A stretch of DNA of 20,000 nucleotides, from IMG/VR virus record IMGVR_UViG_3300034378_000239. One strand, written 5' to 3'. Each line of letters starts with the position of its first letter. Positions within the stretch are counted from its first letter, which is position 1. The notes beneath the pieces were generated by a model, which worked only from the letters and a program-made list of their open reading frames with translations, made no database searches and was not told where the DNA came from. A program made the translations under genes and the position numbers. Origin of the DNA: an uncultured virus (IMG/VR IMGVR_UViG_3300034378_000239). Lineage: Duplodnaviria; Heunggongvirae; Uroviricota; Caudoviricetes. This document shows positions 1 through 6,725 of the stretch, in pieces.

Positions 1-11
1 AGTTCCTCGTC

Positions 12-833
12 ATGGAGATGCAGCGCCAGGACAAGGAGCTCGAGATCTCGGCCGAGAAATGGAAGGAGGGCATGGGCCTGCTCAAGGAGGTCATGCCCAA
101 GATCGTCAAAAAGAAGCTCGAGCGGCTCGAAAAGAAGCTCGGGCTCGACAAGGACGAGCGCGACGAGGACGAGGGCGAAAAGAAGAAGGGCGAAAAGAAG
201 AAGGACGAAAAGAAAAAGGACGACGACGAGGGAGGCGACGATGAGGAGATCGAGCGCGACGAAAACGGCCGCGTCGTGATCCGCATGGCCGGTGCGTGCC
301 GCGACTTCGGGTCATCGATCGAGCCGGGCCAGTGGGCCAAGCTCAGAAAGGCTCTCGAGAGCGAGCACTTCGAGCTGTTCGAAAAGGTCGTCGGGATCGA
401 GGAGGGCAGAGACGATGAAGCGCTCGAGCTCGTGCTTGCGCTTTCGAAGGTCATGGATCGGCCGTCGATCAAGCTCGAGCTGGGCATGATCTTCACGGCC
501 CAGCAGGTCGGCGTGATCACCTCGATTGTGAAGGTCGCCTACGCCAAGAAGGAGGAGGCGGAAACGGGCAAAAAAGGCGCAAAGGACGCGAAAAGCGCAG
601 ACGCCCCGCCCTCGGCCCCTCCCAGCGCCGCCAAGCAGCCCGAGTCCGACGAGGGGCAAGGGGACCCGGACGAGGACGCAGCGCCCCAGGAGGCCGCAGA
701 GGAACCCGAGGAGGGCGATGCTGGCGAGACCGAGGACGAGGAAGGCGACGAACCCGGGGACGAAGACGAAACCGCGACGAAAGCGCCGAAATCGAGGCGA
801 AAGAAGCGGCGCACGCGCGGCAGAACGAGGTAG
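12..833 (+). CDS. Hypothetical protein with acidic and Lys-rich low-complexity tracts; probably begins upstream of the window
   Basis: GC3-rich codon usage; frame is open back to the window edge; D/E/K-rich tracts and a basic C-terminus (KSRRKKRRTRGRTR). No family recognised. Confidence 0.75.
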   Translation: MEMQRQDKELEISAEKWKEGMGLLKEVMPKIVKKKLERLEKKLGLDKDERDEDEGEKKKGEKKKDEKKKDDDEGGDDEEIERDENGRVVIRMAGACRDFGSSIEPGQWAKLRKALESEHFELFEKVVGIEEGRDDEALELVLALSKVMDRPSIKLELGMIFTAQQVGVITSIVKVAYAKKEEAETGKKGAKDAKSADAPPSAPPSAAKQPESDEGQGDPDEDAAPQEAAEEPEEGDAGETEDEEGDEPGDEDETATKAPKSRRKKRRTRGRTR

Positions 834-935
834 TCGTGTCTTTTTGTCACACGAAAAACCGGGCCTGGTGGATAGGTCGTGACATCACGACAGTCGGCTC
901 GGTTCGTCCGAAATCGAGATATCTAACGCTGTAAA

Positions 936-1229
936 GTCGAGTAGGTCGAGTAGGTCGAGTAGGCTGATTCACCCTACTCGACGTCGTATCTCCCCGAATA
1001 CTACGTTTACAACAGCGTTCCCAGCTGTCAGTCGAGTACGTCGAGTAGAAATTAAAATCTTAACGCGCGAGAAAAAAAGAAGAGAATTTACAATTTATAT
1101 ATATAGGGGTACAAAGCTACTCGACCTACTCGACTTGACATTGTTTTCGGGGTACCAGGTGGGTCTGGCGTGCCGAATTCGCATGTCGAGTAGACCAACG
1201 CTACTCGACACCTACTCGACCTACTCGAC
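936..1229. repeat. Putative replication origin: 12 x 9-bp iterons (GTCGAGTAG/CTACTCGAC) flanking an AT-rich core
   Basis: Forward copies at 936, 945, 954, 1031 (GTCGAGTAC), 1040 and 1185; reverse copies at 974, 1117, 1126, 1201, 1212 and 1221. AT-rich tract at ~1049-1105. Abuts the stop codon of the primase-helicase gene. Confidence 0.85.
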
Positions 1230-1234
1230 GCCAG

Positions 1235-4045
1235 TTATGCGTCGTGTGTCGGGTTTAGTATCTCCACGCACCAGACGTGTGAGTTTCGATACCTGACAGG
1301 CACGAGGCGTCGTCTTTCGAAAACGCGCTTGGTGAATCTGCGAAGATTGCGCGAAATGACGATGGGCGTCAATTTCGGTGCGATGACCTGGAGCGTCTCC
1401 TCGATGGCGGCGAGGGTTTCGCGCAGGCCCGGGGGCGGCTCGGAGACGAGCTCGAGCACGCGAGCGATCGTGCAGCCGGCGAGTTGCTGGCCGTCCTTGG
1501 TGAGCACGGTTTGGCCGTAGGGGCCCGCGGCGAGCTCGTGCCAGAGCCGAAGCAGGATCGGCATGGCGCTGGCTTCTTCTTCGGCCAGATCGGACAGCTC
1601 GCCGCGGGTGAGGCCGGGGTCGGGTTGGCCGCAGAACACGATCGCCTCGCGTACGAGGTCGGACCAGGGCTGAAACGATCCCCAGGGAATGGAGTCCGGG
1701 CTTTTCGGGCCGCCCGCGACGCAAAAGGCACGAAGCACGGTGAGGGCCGCACGGACGAGCCGCGACCGTTCCCTTTTCACGTACGAAAGCAGGTCGGGGT
1801 GAGCGAAGCCCGATCTTTCCTCGGGGTGCTCGAGCTCGCTTTCGAGGCGAACGTGAAGCGATCGCCTAGCGGTGTCGCCGCGGACGCGGACGTTGTTGCC
1901 GGTCGCGTACCAGCACGCCAAAAGCGGGATCCGGACCATCTTGTTCTTGCCGAGCGCGCGGTCGGACCAGTACGTGCCGGTGAGCGCGGCGTCGAGCGCC
2001 GAGGTCCCGAGGACCTTGGCGACGTTGTCGATGAGGATCAGGCGGTCGCCCTCCATGGTGACCGAGGTGATCCTCTTTCGTTCCTCCTCCTCGTCCTTGG
2101 ACTGGTTCATGCGGGCCATGGATCGACCCGTGACGATCTCGCCGATCACGTCGGAAAGGAGGGTCTTGCCGCAGCCGCGGACATTGCCGTCGATGATCAC
2201 CATGGGGCACGGTCCCTCGAACGCGAACCGTGCGAACGGTGTGAGCAGCCCGGCGATCCAGGCCGAGGCGTGGCGAGACGATGCGAGCGGGAAGTCGCGG
2301 ATCACCTCGACGAGCTCGGCGTACGCGGCCACGGCATCCTTTTGCGAGGGCCTTTCGGGCACCGGCAGAAAGTGCGCGGACGGGGCGTAGAAGATCCCGG
2401 TCTGGTCATCGTAGCCCGGGGCATCAAGCACGGTGCCGTCGGGGCGGAGCACCGGGCTTTCGGCCACGGCCCAGAGCTGACGGATCCCGGGCCACACGCC
2501 GCGCGTATGCACGTCCTTTTCGACCCAGGGCGGCGCGTGCGTGAGCACGAGCTCGCCCTCCTTGTTGTATTTTTTCCAGATGATGCTTTCGGCCATCATC
2601 GACCGGACCTGGGGCTCGGGGAGCGCGACGATCACGGGCGACCCCTTCGCCCTCTTGACGGGCCGGCTGGTTTCGGACGATACGATCATCGAGAGCGCGC
2701 CGGCGCGGGCGTAGAGGTCGGGGCGTCTGACGAGCGCGCGGATCGCCTGGTCGGCGACCTCGCGTTCCTCGGTGGTGATGATGATCGTGGGGCGCCCGGG
2801 CTTTTTGCCCCCTTTGCCGCCTCCGCCTTCGTCTTTGCCCTCGACGACGCGAAGGTCCGGAAGGCTCGCGTCGTCCTCGGGGGGGGCCTCGGCCGGGGCC
2901 TCGGCCTCGCCGCGCAGCTCAGGCGGGATGTCGGTGTCGCCTGGTGGTGGTGGGGGGGGCTCGTCCTCGCCGAGCTCGGGGCCCTGGGGCATGGCGCCTG
3001 ACACGTGCCTCGTACGTGGTCCCGCAGGTTGCGAAGGGGGTGCGTACCGATCCTCGGGCGGTGGCGGCGGCGGGACCTCGTCCCCTATGGGCGGCGCCTC
3101 GGGGCGTTCGTGCTCGACGTAGGTGATCGGGTCGCGCTCGCGCTCCTCATCGAGCCGATACCCGAACGGCTGGTCTCTGCGCTCGTGGATCGCCTTGAGC
3201 TTGCGCCAGAGCTCGTGTTCGTCCCACGGCGGGTCGCAGCGGCCGTTCCATACCAGGAGGATCTGCCAGAATTCGCAGGGCTCGAGCCCGAAGTCACCGC
3301 CTATGCCGCAGACGCCATTGGTCGCCTTCCAGCCACCCCGGCCCTCGATCGCCGGGGCCACGCGCTCCATGAACGCCTCGCAGCGCAGTAGCCTGCGCTC
3401 CATGGAGTGGTCGCCGAGCGAAAACGAAAGCGTCTTCTTGGCTGGCGGCCGGGCTTCGAGGAGGATCGCCTCGGGCACGGGCGCGAGCGGCGTTCCCCAG
3501 TTCTCCCAGGTGTAGAGGTTTCCCGAGCGGTGAAGCGAAGGCGGCGCGACCACGAAGTTTCCGCCCTGGGCGAGGAGGTCGAGCCCCGGCCGGAACTTGA
3601 TCCGCGTGCGGATCTGCCCGTCGTCGCAAAGAAAGTAGAAGTGGCGGCCACCACCGCCGGTCTTTGCGATGAGCGTTTCGGGGAGCGGGCCGCGCTCGTG
3701 CTCGAAGGCACGAAGCGCCTCGTCGCCGCCGTCTTTCACATCGAGGTCGAGGACCACGAAGTGCGAGCGCGCGCCGCCCGGGGCGAGCGCAATTCCGGCA
3801 TCGGGTACGCGATTCCAGTGCGCCCTGACCACGCGTTCGTCTCGGGTCGCATCGTGGACGCCGTGGCGGGTGTCGGGGTGCTTGCCGAGTTGGGTGCAGC
3901 TCGGGCGCCCGCACGAGCACCGGCCTTCGATGATCCGGTGGAGCGGCAAGACGAGCCAACCGCGCCGAGCGTATTCGAGCGCGATCTCAAGGTGCGATCC
4001 CGGAATCTGCGGCATCGGCGCGGCGTGCTGTTTATGCGCCGTCAC
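1235..4045 (-). CDS. Bifunctional DNA primase/polymerase (Prim-Pol, AEP superfamily) fused to a C-terminal P-loop helicase-like domain; replication protein
   Basis: Prim-Pol motifs ALEYARRGWLVLPL, GKHP, VVLDLDVK (DxD), TGGGGRHFYF and VVAPPSLHRSG; Pro/Glu-rich linker; Walker A GNVRGCGKT and Walker B LILIDNV. The GTG start overlaps the uORF stop (GTGA). Confidence 0.9.
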   Translation of the reverse strand: MTAHKQHAAPMPQIPGSHLEIALEYARRGWLVLPLHRIIEGRCSCGRPSCTQLGKHPDTRHGVHDATRDERVVRAHWNRVPDAGIALAPGGARSHFVVLDLDVKDGGDEALRAFEHERGPLPETLIAKTGGGGRHFYFLCDDGQIRTRIKFRPGLDLLAQGGNFVVAPPSLHRSGNLYTWENWGTPLAPVPEAILLEARPPAKKTLSFSLGDHSMERRLLRCEAFMERVAPAIEGRGGWKATNGVCGIGGDFGLEPCEFWQILLVWNGRCDPPWDEHELWRKLKAIHERRDQPFGYRLDEERERDPITYVEHERPEAPPIGDEVPPPPPPEDRYAPPSQPAGPRTRHVSGAMPQGPELGEDEPPPPPPGDTDIPPELRGEAEAPAEAPPEDDASLPDLRVVEGKDEGGGGKGGKKPGRPTIIITTEEREVADQAIRALVRRPDLYARAGALSMIVSSETSRPVKRAKGSPVIVALPEPQVRSMMAESIIWKKYNKEGELVLTHAPPWVEKDVHTRGVWPGIRQLWAVAESPVLRPDGTVLDAPGYDDQTGIFYAPSAHFLPVPERPSQKDAVAAYAELVEVIRDFPLASSRHASAWIAGLLTPFARFAFEGPCPMVIIDGNVRGCGKTLLSDVIGEIVTGRSMARMNQSKDEEEERKRITSVTMEGDRLILIDNVAKVLGTSALDAALTGTYWSDRALGKNKMVRIPLLACWYATGNNVRVRGDTARRSLHVRLESELEHPEERSGFAHPDLLSYVKRERSRLVRAALTVLRAFCVAGGPKSPDSIPWGSFQPWSDLVREAIVFCGQPDPGLTRGELSDLAEEEASAMPILLRLWHELAAGPYGQTVLTKDGQQLAGCTIARVLELVSEPPPGLRETLAAIEETLQVIAPKLTPIVISRNLRRFTKRVFERRRLVPVRYRNSHVWCVEILNPTHDA

Positions 4046-4113
4046 CGTCGAGGCGATCTCTCGGCTCGAGGTCCTTGGATGTCCTGAGAGTCTCGCTTAC
4101 GCGTCTTTGCCAC
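4042..4113 (-). CDS. Putative 23-aa leader peptide (MAKTRKRDSQDIQGPRAERSPRR) coupled to the rep gene
   Basis: AGGAGG-cacc-GTG start; its TGA overlaps the rep GTG; rep has no clear SD of its own. Confidence 0.55.
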   Translation of the reverse strand: MAKTRKRDSQDIQGPRAERSPRR

Positions 4114-4308
4114 GGTGCCTCCTGGGGGAGGGGAGGGGGAGGATTGAAATGGGGCGAAGAAAGCGGGGCTAGGGCCTCTGTGGCGACAGGAGGCATCGAG
4201 CCGGGCCCGCCCCGCAGAGGCCCGGCGCTTCGCGGGCCAGCTCGGCTTTACGCCAGCCCGGAACTCGCGCGACTCGTACCGACAGCCGGTCATCGCCATG
4301 ACCGGGCG

Positions 4309-4337
4309 ACCCTAGCAGGGGGCGAAATGGGGCGCAA
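4309..4337 (-). promoter_or_regulatory. Putative sigma70-type promoter for the rep leader
   Basis: TTGCGC-17 nt-TAGGGT with an extended -10 TG, located just after a terminator. Confidence 0.5.
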
Positions 4338-4383
4338 GAACTGGCGATCCGCGGGCGCGCGACAATGCGCATAGTGCGACGAG

Positions 4384-4429
4384 AAAAGGTGAGGCCCGAA
4401 GGGTCCATGAAGCGAACCCTCCGGGCCTC
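4384..4429 (-). terminator. Intrinsic terminator ending the minus-strand small-gene operon
   Basis: 14-bp stem GAGGCCCGGAGGGU/ACCCUUCGGGCCUC, whose single non-WC pair is G-U only on the minus-strand RNA, followed by ACCUUUUCUC. Confidence 0.6.
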
Positions 4430-4491
4430 GAGCGCACCCCGTCACGGCCGTTTGGAAAGGACAGACACGATGCCGGGGTGCGCAAGCTCGG

Positions 4492-4614
4492 TCATAGCTT
4501 GCGCCTGAGCTCGCTTTCGATCCGCTCGAGGCGCCCGTCGATGCTCTGGAGCAGCTCGGCGATGATGCCGAGCGCGCGGATCAGCTGGAGGAGGTAGCCC
4601 TCCAGCTTGTCCAT
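4492..4614 (-). CDS. 40-aa amphipathic/coiled-coil peptide (MDKLEGYLLQLIRALGIIAELLQSIDGRLERIESELRRKL), not in the ORF track
   Basis: Hand translation; high-GC3 codons; starts 11 nt after the stop of the previous gene. Confidence 0.6.
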   Translation of the reverse strand: MDKLEGYLLQLIRALGIIAELLQSIDGRLERIESELRRKL

Positions 4615-4625
4615 CCACCGAAATC

Positions 4626-4859
4626 TCACGCGGCCCTCCTCGCCTCCTCGATCTGCCTCTGCCAGACCCGCTCGTACACGAGTTCCTCGACCTCATTGGC
4701 GCGGCGGCCGAGCACGCGCTCGAGCGCCTCGCGATGCGTGGGCCAGAGGTAGTAGGGGATCACCCGGTGGCGCCTGGGATCGAGGCCGCAGGCGAGGTCC
4801 TCCGCTGCGCCGGCCTTTGCGGCGGCGCGAATGATCGTCGCAGTCGTTTCAGTGTTCAT
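4626..4859 (-). CDS. Small hypothetical phage protein (MNTETTATII...)
   Basis: GGAAAGGA SD upstream of ATG 4859; start shortened relative to ORF 4626..4982. Confidence 0.65.
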   Translation of the reverse strand: MNTETTATIIRAAAKAGAAEDLACGLDPRRHRVIPYYLWPTHREALERVLGRRANEVEELVYERVWQRQIEEARRAA

Positions 4860-4880
4860 GGGTTTAGTTGGTCCTTTCCG

Positions 4881-4975
4881 ACCCCGCGCCAGGAGTCGCA
4901 CCTGGCAACCCGCGTGTCCGAGAGCAGATGTATCGCGCTTCCCTCCGTTTGTTGCGGGTTCCACTGGGGCGGGGC
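4881..4975 (-). ncRNA. tRNA-like structured RNA element (acceptor-like stem plus T-arm-like hairpin); not a canonical tRNA
   Basis: GCCCCGC/GCGGGGU closing stem; CCCAGUGG D-loop-like linker; AACCCGC/GCGGGUU stem; GCCAGG-UGCGACU-CCUGGC hairpin with a 7-nt T-like loop. Fills an intergenic gap. Confidence 0.45.
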
Positions 4976-4991
4976 AGATCACGCTTCTTCA

Positions 4992-5246
4992 CTAGAGCTC
5001 CTTTATGAGCGCGATCAGCCTTTCGCGGAGCTCGGTTTTGACCTTCTGCTCGCGGGCCCAGAGTTCGGGGTTGTCGACGATGTGCGGCGTGGCGCGTGAG
5101 ACACCTTTGAGCTGCAGGATCGCGGCAACGAGCGGCTGCACGTCATCGATGCGGTAGTCGTCCTTGAGCGCGACGGTGATGGCGTTGGTGACGGGCCTTC
5201 TGTCGGTTAGGGTGATCGTTCTCTTCTTGGGTTCCGTGGTGTTCAT
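4992..5246 (-). CDS. Small hypothetical phage protein, 84 aa
   Basis: AAGGAAACCACC-ATG start; typical codon usage. Confidence 0.7.
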   Translation of the reverse strand: MNTTEPKKRTITLTDRRPVTNAITVALKDDYRIDDVQPLVAAILQLKGVSRATPHIVDNPELWAREQKVKTELRERLIALIKEL

Positions 5247-5261
5247 GGTGGTTTCCTTGGT

Positions 5262-5326
5262 GGCCCTGGTTCGTCAAGCGGGGTAGGGCCGGGTTCCCCG
5301 CGACGGCCCCGCGGGGCCGTTTCGCC
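5262..5326 (-). ncRNA. Type II hammerhead ribozyme-like RNA with a loop I/3'-tail pseudoknot (two core deviations)
   Basis: GGC-GAAA-CGGCCCC GC GGGGCCG-UC^-GCGGGG(AACCCGGCCCUA)CCCCGC-UUGACGA-ACC-AGGGCC. Predicted cleavage after GUC, between 5302 and 5301. Confidence 0.65.
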
Positions 5327-5370
5327 TAGTCGGTCTCCTCCAGGTGTGCCGCAACGGCGCGGCCGAGCTT

Positions 5371-5431
5371 CCCATATCGAAGTCTTCGGTTTCTTCTCCA
5401 CCTCCACGAAGTGTATGAATTTATAACGCAT
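5371..5431 (-). pseudogene. Truncated 5' end of a low-GC gene (MRYKFIHFVEVEKKPKTSIWE), reading on through the junction to 5243
   Basis: GGAGG SD and AT-rich codons for ~20 codons, then an abrupt switch to GC-rich, non-protein-like sequence that runs across the hammerhead. Confidence 0.5.
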
Positions 5432-5465
5432 ATCTGTTAACCTCCGTTCTTGTTAACCACTCGCG

Positions 5466-5702
5466 TCACGTTGGTTTCGTGTTGATAATTGGCGATTCCT
5501 GAACAGCAATCAAATCCCGCAAATGTTTCGCATTTCCATGTTCCCCTATCGACTCGTACAATCGGATACAGACTTCAACATCTTCCCGGCTTCCACGAAA
5601 ATCGTACAACCGATAAATGGCAGCAAGCTCCGACTCCGACAAATCGGTAATAGTGCTTAGACCCCGCATATGACCAGCCCCAATCGCATATTCCAACGTC
5701 AT
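5466..5702 (-). CDS. Hypothetical protein, 78 aa, low-GC (MTLEYAIGAG...)
   Basis: GGAGG-ttgtt-ATG at 5702; codon usage differs from the flanking genes. Confidence 0.65.
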   Translation of the reverse strand: MTLEYAIGAGHMRGLSTITDLSESELAAIYRLYDFRGSREDVEVCIRLYESIGEHGNAKHLRDLIAVQESPIINTKPT

Positions 5703-5810
5703 AACAACCTCCATTTTTGTTTCTGGCAATATTCACTCATCGAAACACGCTGACGGTTCCGCGCAAAATCCTGACCTGCCCGGTGATGTAGCGGCACGCC
5801 TTGCCATTGA

Positions 5811-6146
5811 TTAGTCCCTCCTGAAATACGACCCGTGCCGGTCCAGCCACGTCTGGAGCGCGTGCTTACTCATCTCCGCGCTCTCGGCTGACACGCGGAA
5901 AATCGGCTCCGCGCGGGTCGCCTCCGACTGGAGGAACACCGAACATCGGAATCGAACCAGCGGGTCTGACGACTCGATGCGAGTGACCGTCAGCAACATG
6001 TCGTCGCCATCCTCGTATTCGAATCCACCCTGGCCGTCCTGGTGCCATTCGATGGGCTCTGGCGTGGCCACCTCTGCGGCAGGCACGAGCACCATTGGCG
6101 TCAGCGTGCCGTCGTCTTCGATGCGACAGATTTTATCAGTCCTCAC
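5811..6146 (-). CDS. Hypothetical protein, 111 aa, possibly chimeric (MRTDKICRIEDDG...)
   Basis: TAA-c-AGGAGGAG-agct-GTG start lying inside the long ORF 5811..6836. Confidence 0.5.
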   Translation of the reverse strand: MRTDKICRIEDDGTLTPMVLVPAAEVATPEPIEWHQDGQGGFEYEDGDDMLLTVTRIESSDPLVRFRCSVFLQSEATRAEPIFRVSAESAEMSKHALQTWLDRHGSYFRRD

Positions 6147-6363
6147 AGCTCTCCTCCTGTTAACCGTTCGAGTCCGCAATGCCTTGGTTCGCCGGCCGCA
6201 GAACCTCTCATCGCCGCGTCGGTTGACGCGATAGGCTCGCTTGACGATTCCGGCATCCACAAGCGCGTCGCGGTCTAGGTCAGCACCGCAGCGCAGGGCA
6301 TGAGCATCGTCGGCCGATAGCCCACGCGCGATCTCTGCGGGGTCGGGGGTGCGTGTCATCGGT

Positions 6364-6725
6364 CTAGTCCTCCTGTAGCTGCGCTCGCGGCGGGCGGCTT
6401 CGGCGACCGCCTCGTCCAGGGTCTCTGCGCCGAGCAACGTGGCGGAGCCCGGCTCTGAGCACCACTCGGAGTACGCATTGGGGTCGCCGCCGAGATCGCG
6501 CCGGCCGAGCTCGAGCGCCGAGCTGTCGGCGACGTGGTAGTACTCGCCGGTTTCGCCCGCGAGATAGACGACCCCGTCGGAGACGACGGCGGACTCGTGG
6601 CAACCCAGGATGCCGGCCGCGGCGTACCAAGCGGCCCGGTCGTCTCCGCTGAGGTCGTCCGGAACCTCGACGGTCCCGGTCCATCCGTGGCCTGTGTGAT
6701 GCTGAGGTGTGGTCTTGCGTGTCAT
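6364..6725 (-). CDS. Hypothetical phage protein (MTRKTTPQHH...), now fused in frame to downstream modules, probably by a small indel near its 3' end
   Basis: ATGA overlap with the upstream gene; an out-of-frame AQLQED-TAG at 6364 sits beside the AGGAGG SD and ATG 6359 of the next gene. Confidence 0.55.

Larger units (their letters stand above)
5371..6182 (-). other. Inserted foreign operon fragment, partly low-GC
   Basis: Hand counts give ~40-48% GC in 60-bp blocks at 5401-5580 and 6121-6180. Begins and ends mid-gene. No transposase or terminal inverted repeats. Confidence 0.6.
5326..6359 (-). pseudogene. 72-aa gene interrupted by an ~812-bp insertion (N-part 6359-6183, C-part 5367-5326)
   Basis: Joining at the AAG present at both junctions (6183-6185, 5368-5370) gives MTRTPDPAEIARGLS...RRTK-LGRAVAAHLEETD*, which is colinear with the paralog at 7837-8037 (PFEIARSLS...TEHGQAVA). 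Confidence 0.6.

Noticed and set aside
854..904. Terminator or operator (GTCGTGA-CA-TCACGAC at 876-891 inside an imperfect longer stem)
   Set aside because: The palindrome is real, but it is single-copy, the stem is irregular and the strand is ambiguous, so no function can be supported.
936..1229. CRISPR array
   Set aside because: The repeats are 9 bp, occur in both orientations and are often abutting, with no regular unique spacers and no cas genes.
1484..3001. 505-aa plus-strand ORF and similar long antisense ORFs (6707..7705, 10227..11243, 13485..14510, 15556..16710, 16729..17709)
   Set aside because: Antisense shadows of real high-GC genes, with no recognisable motifs.
4124..4154. G-quadruplex on the plus strand
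   Set aside because: G-runs are present, but the tract is more simply explained as anti-SD sequence in the minus-strand leader, and there is no independent support.
4881..4975. Canonical tRNA gene
   Set aside because: No D-stem, no 7-nt anticodon loop, no CCA, and the T-loop is UGCGACU. Kept only as a tRNA-like element.
5371..6182. IS element or self-splicing intron
   Set aside because: No transposase, reverse transcriptase or homing endonuclease motifs, no terminal inverted repeats, and no recognisable intron ends.
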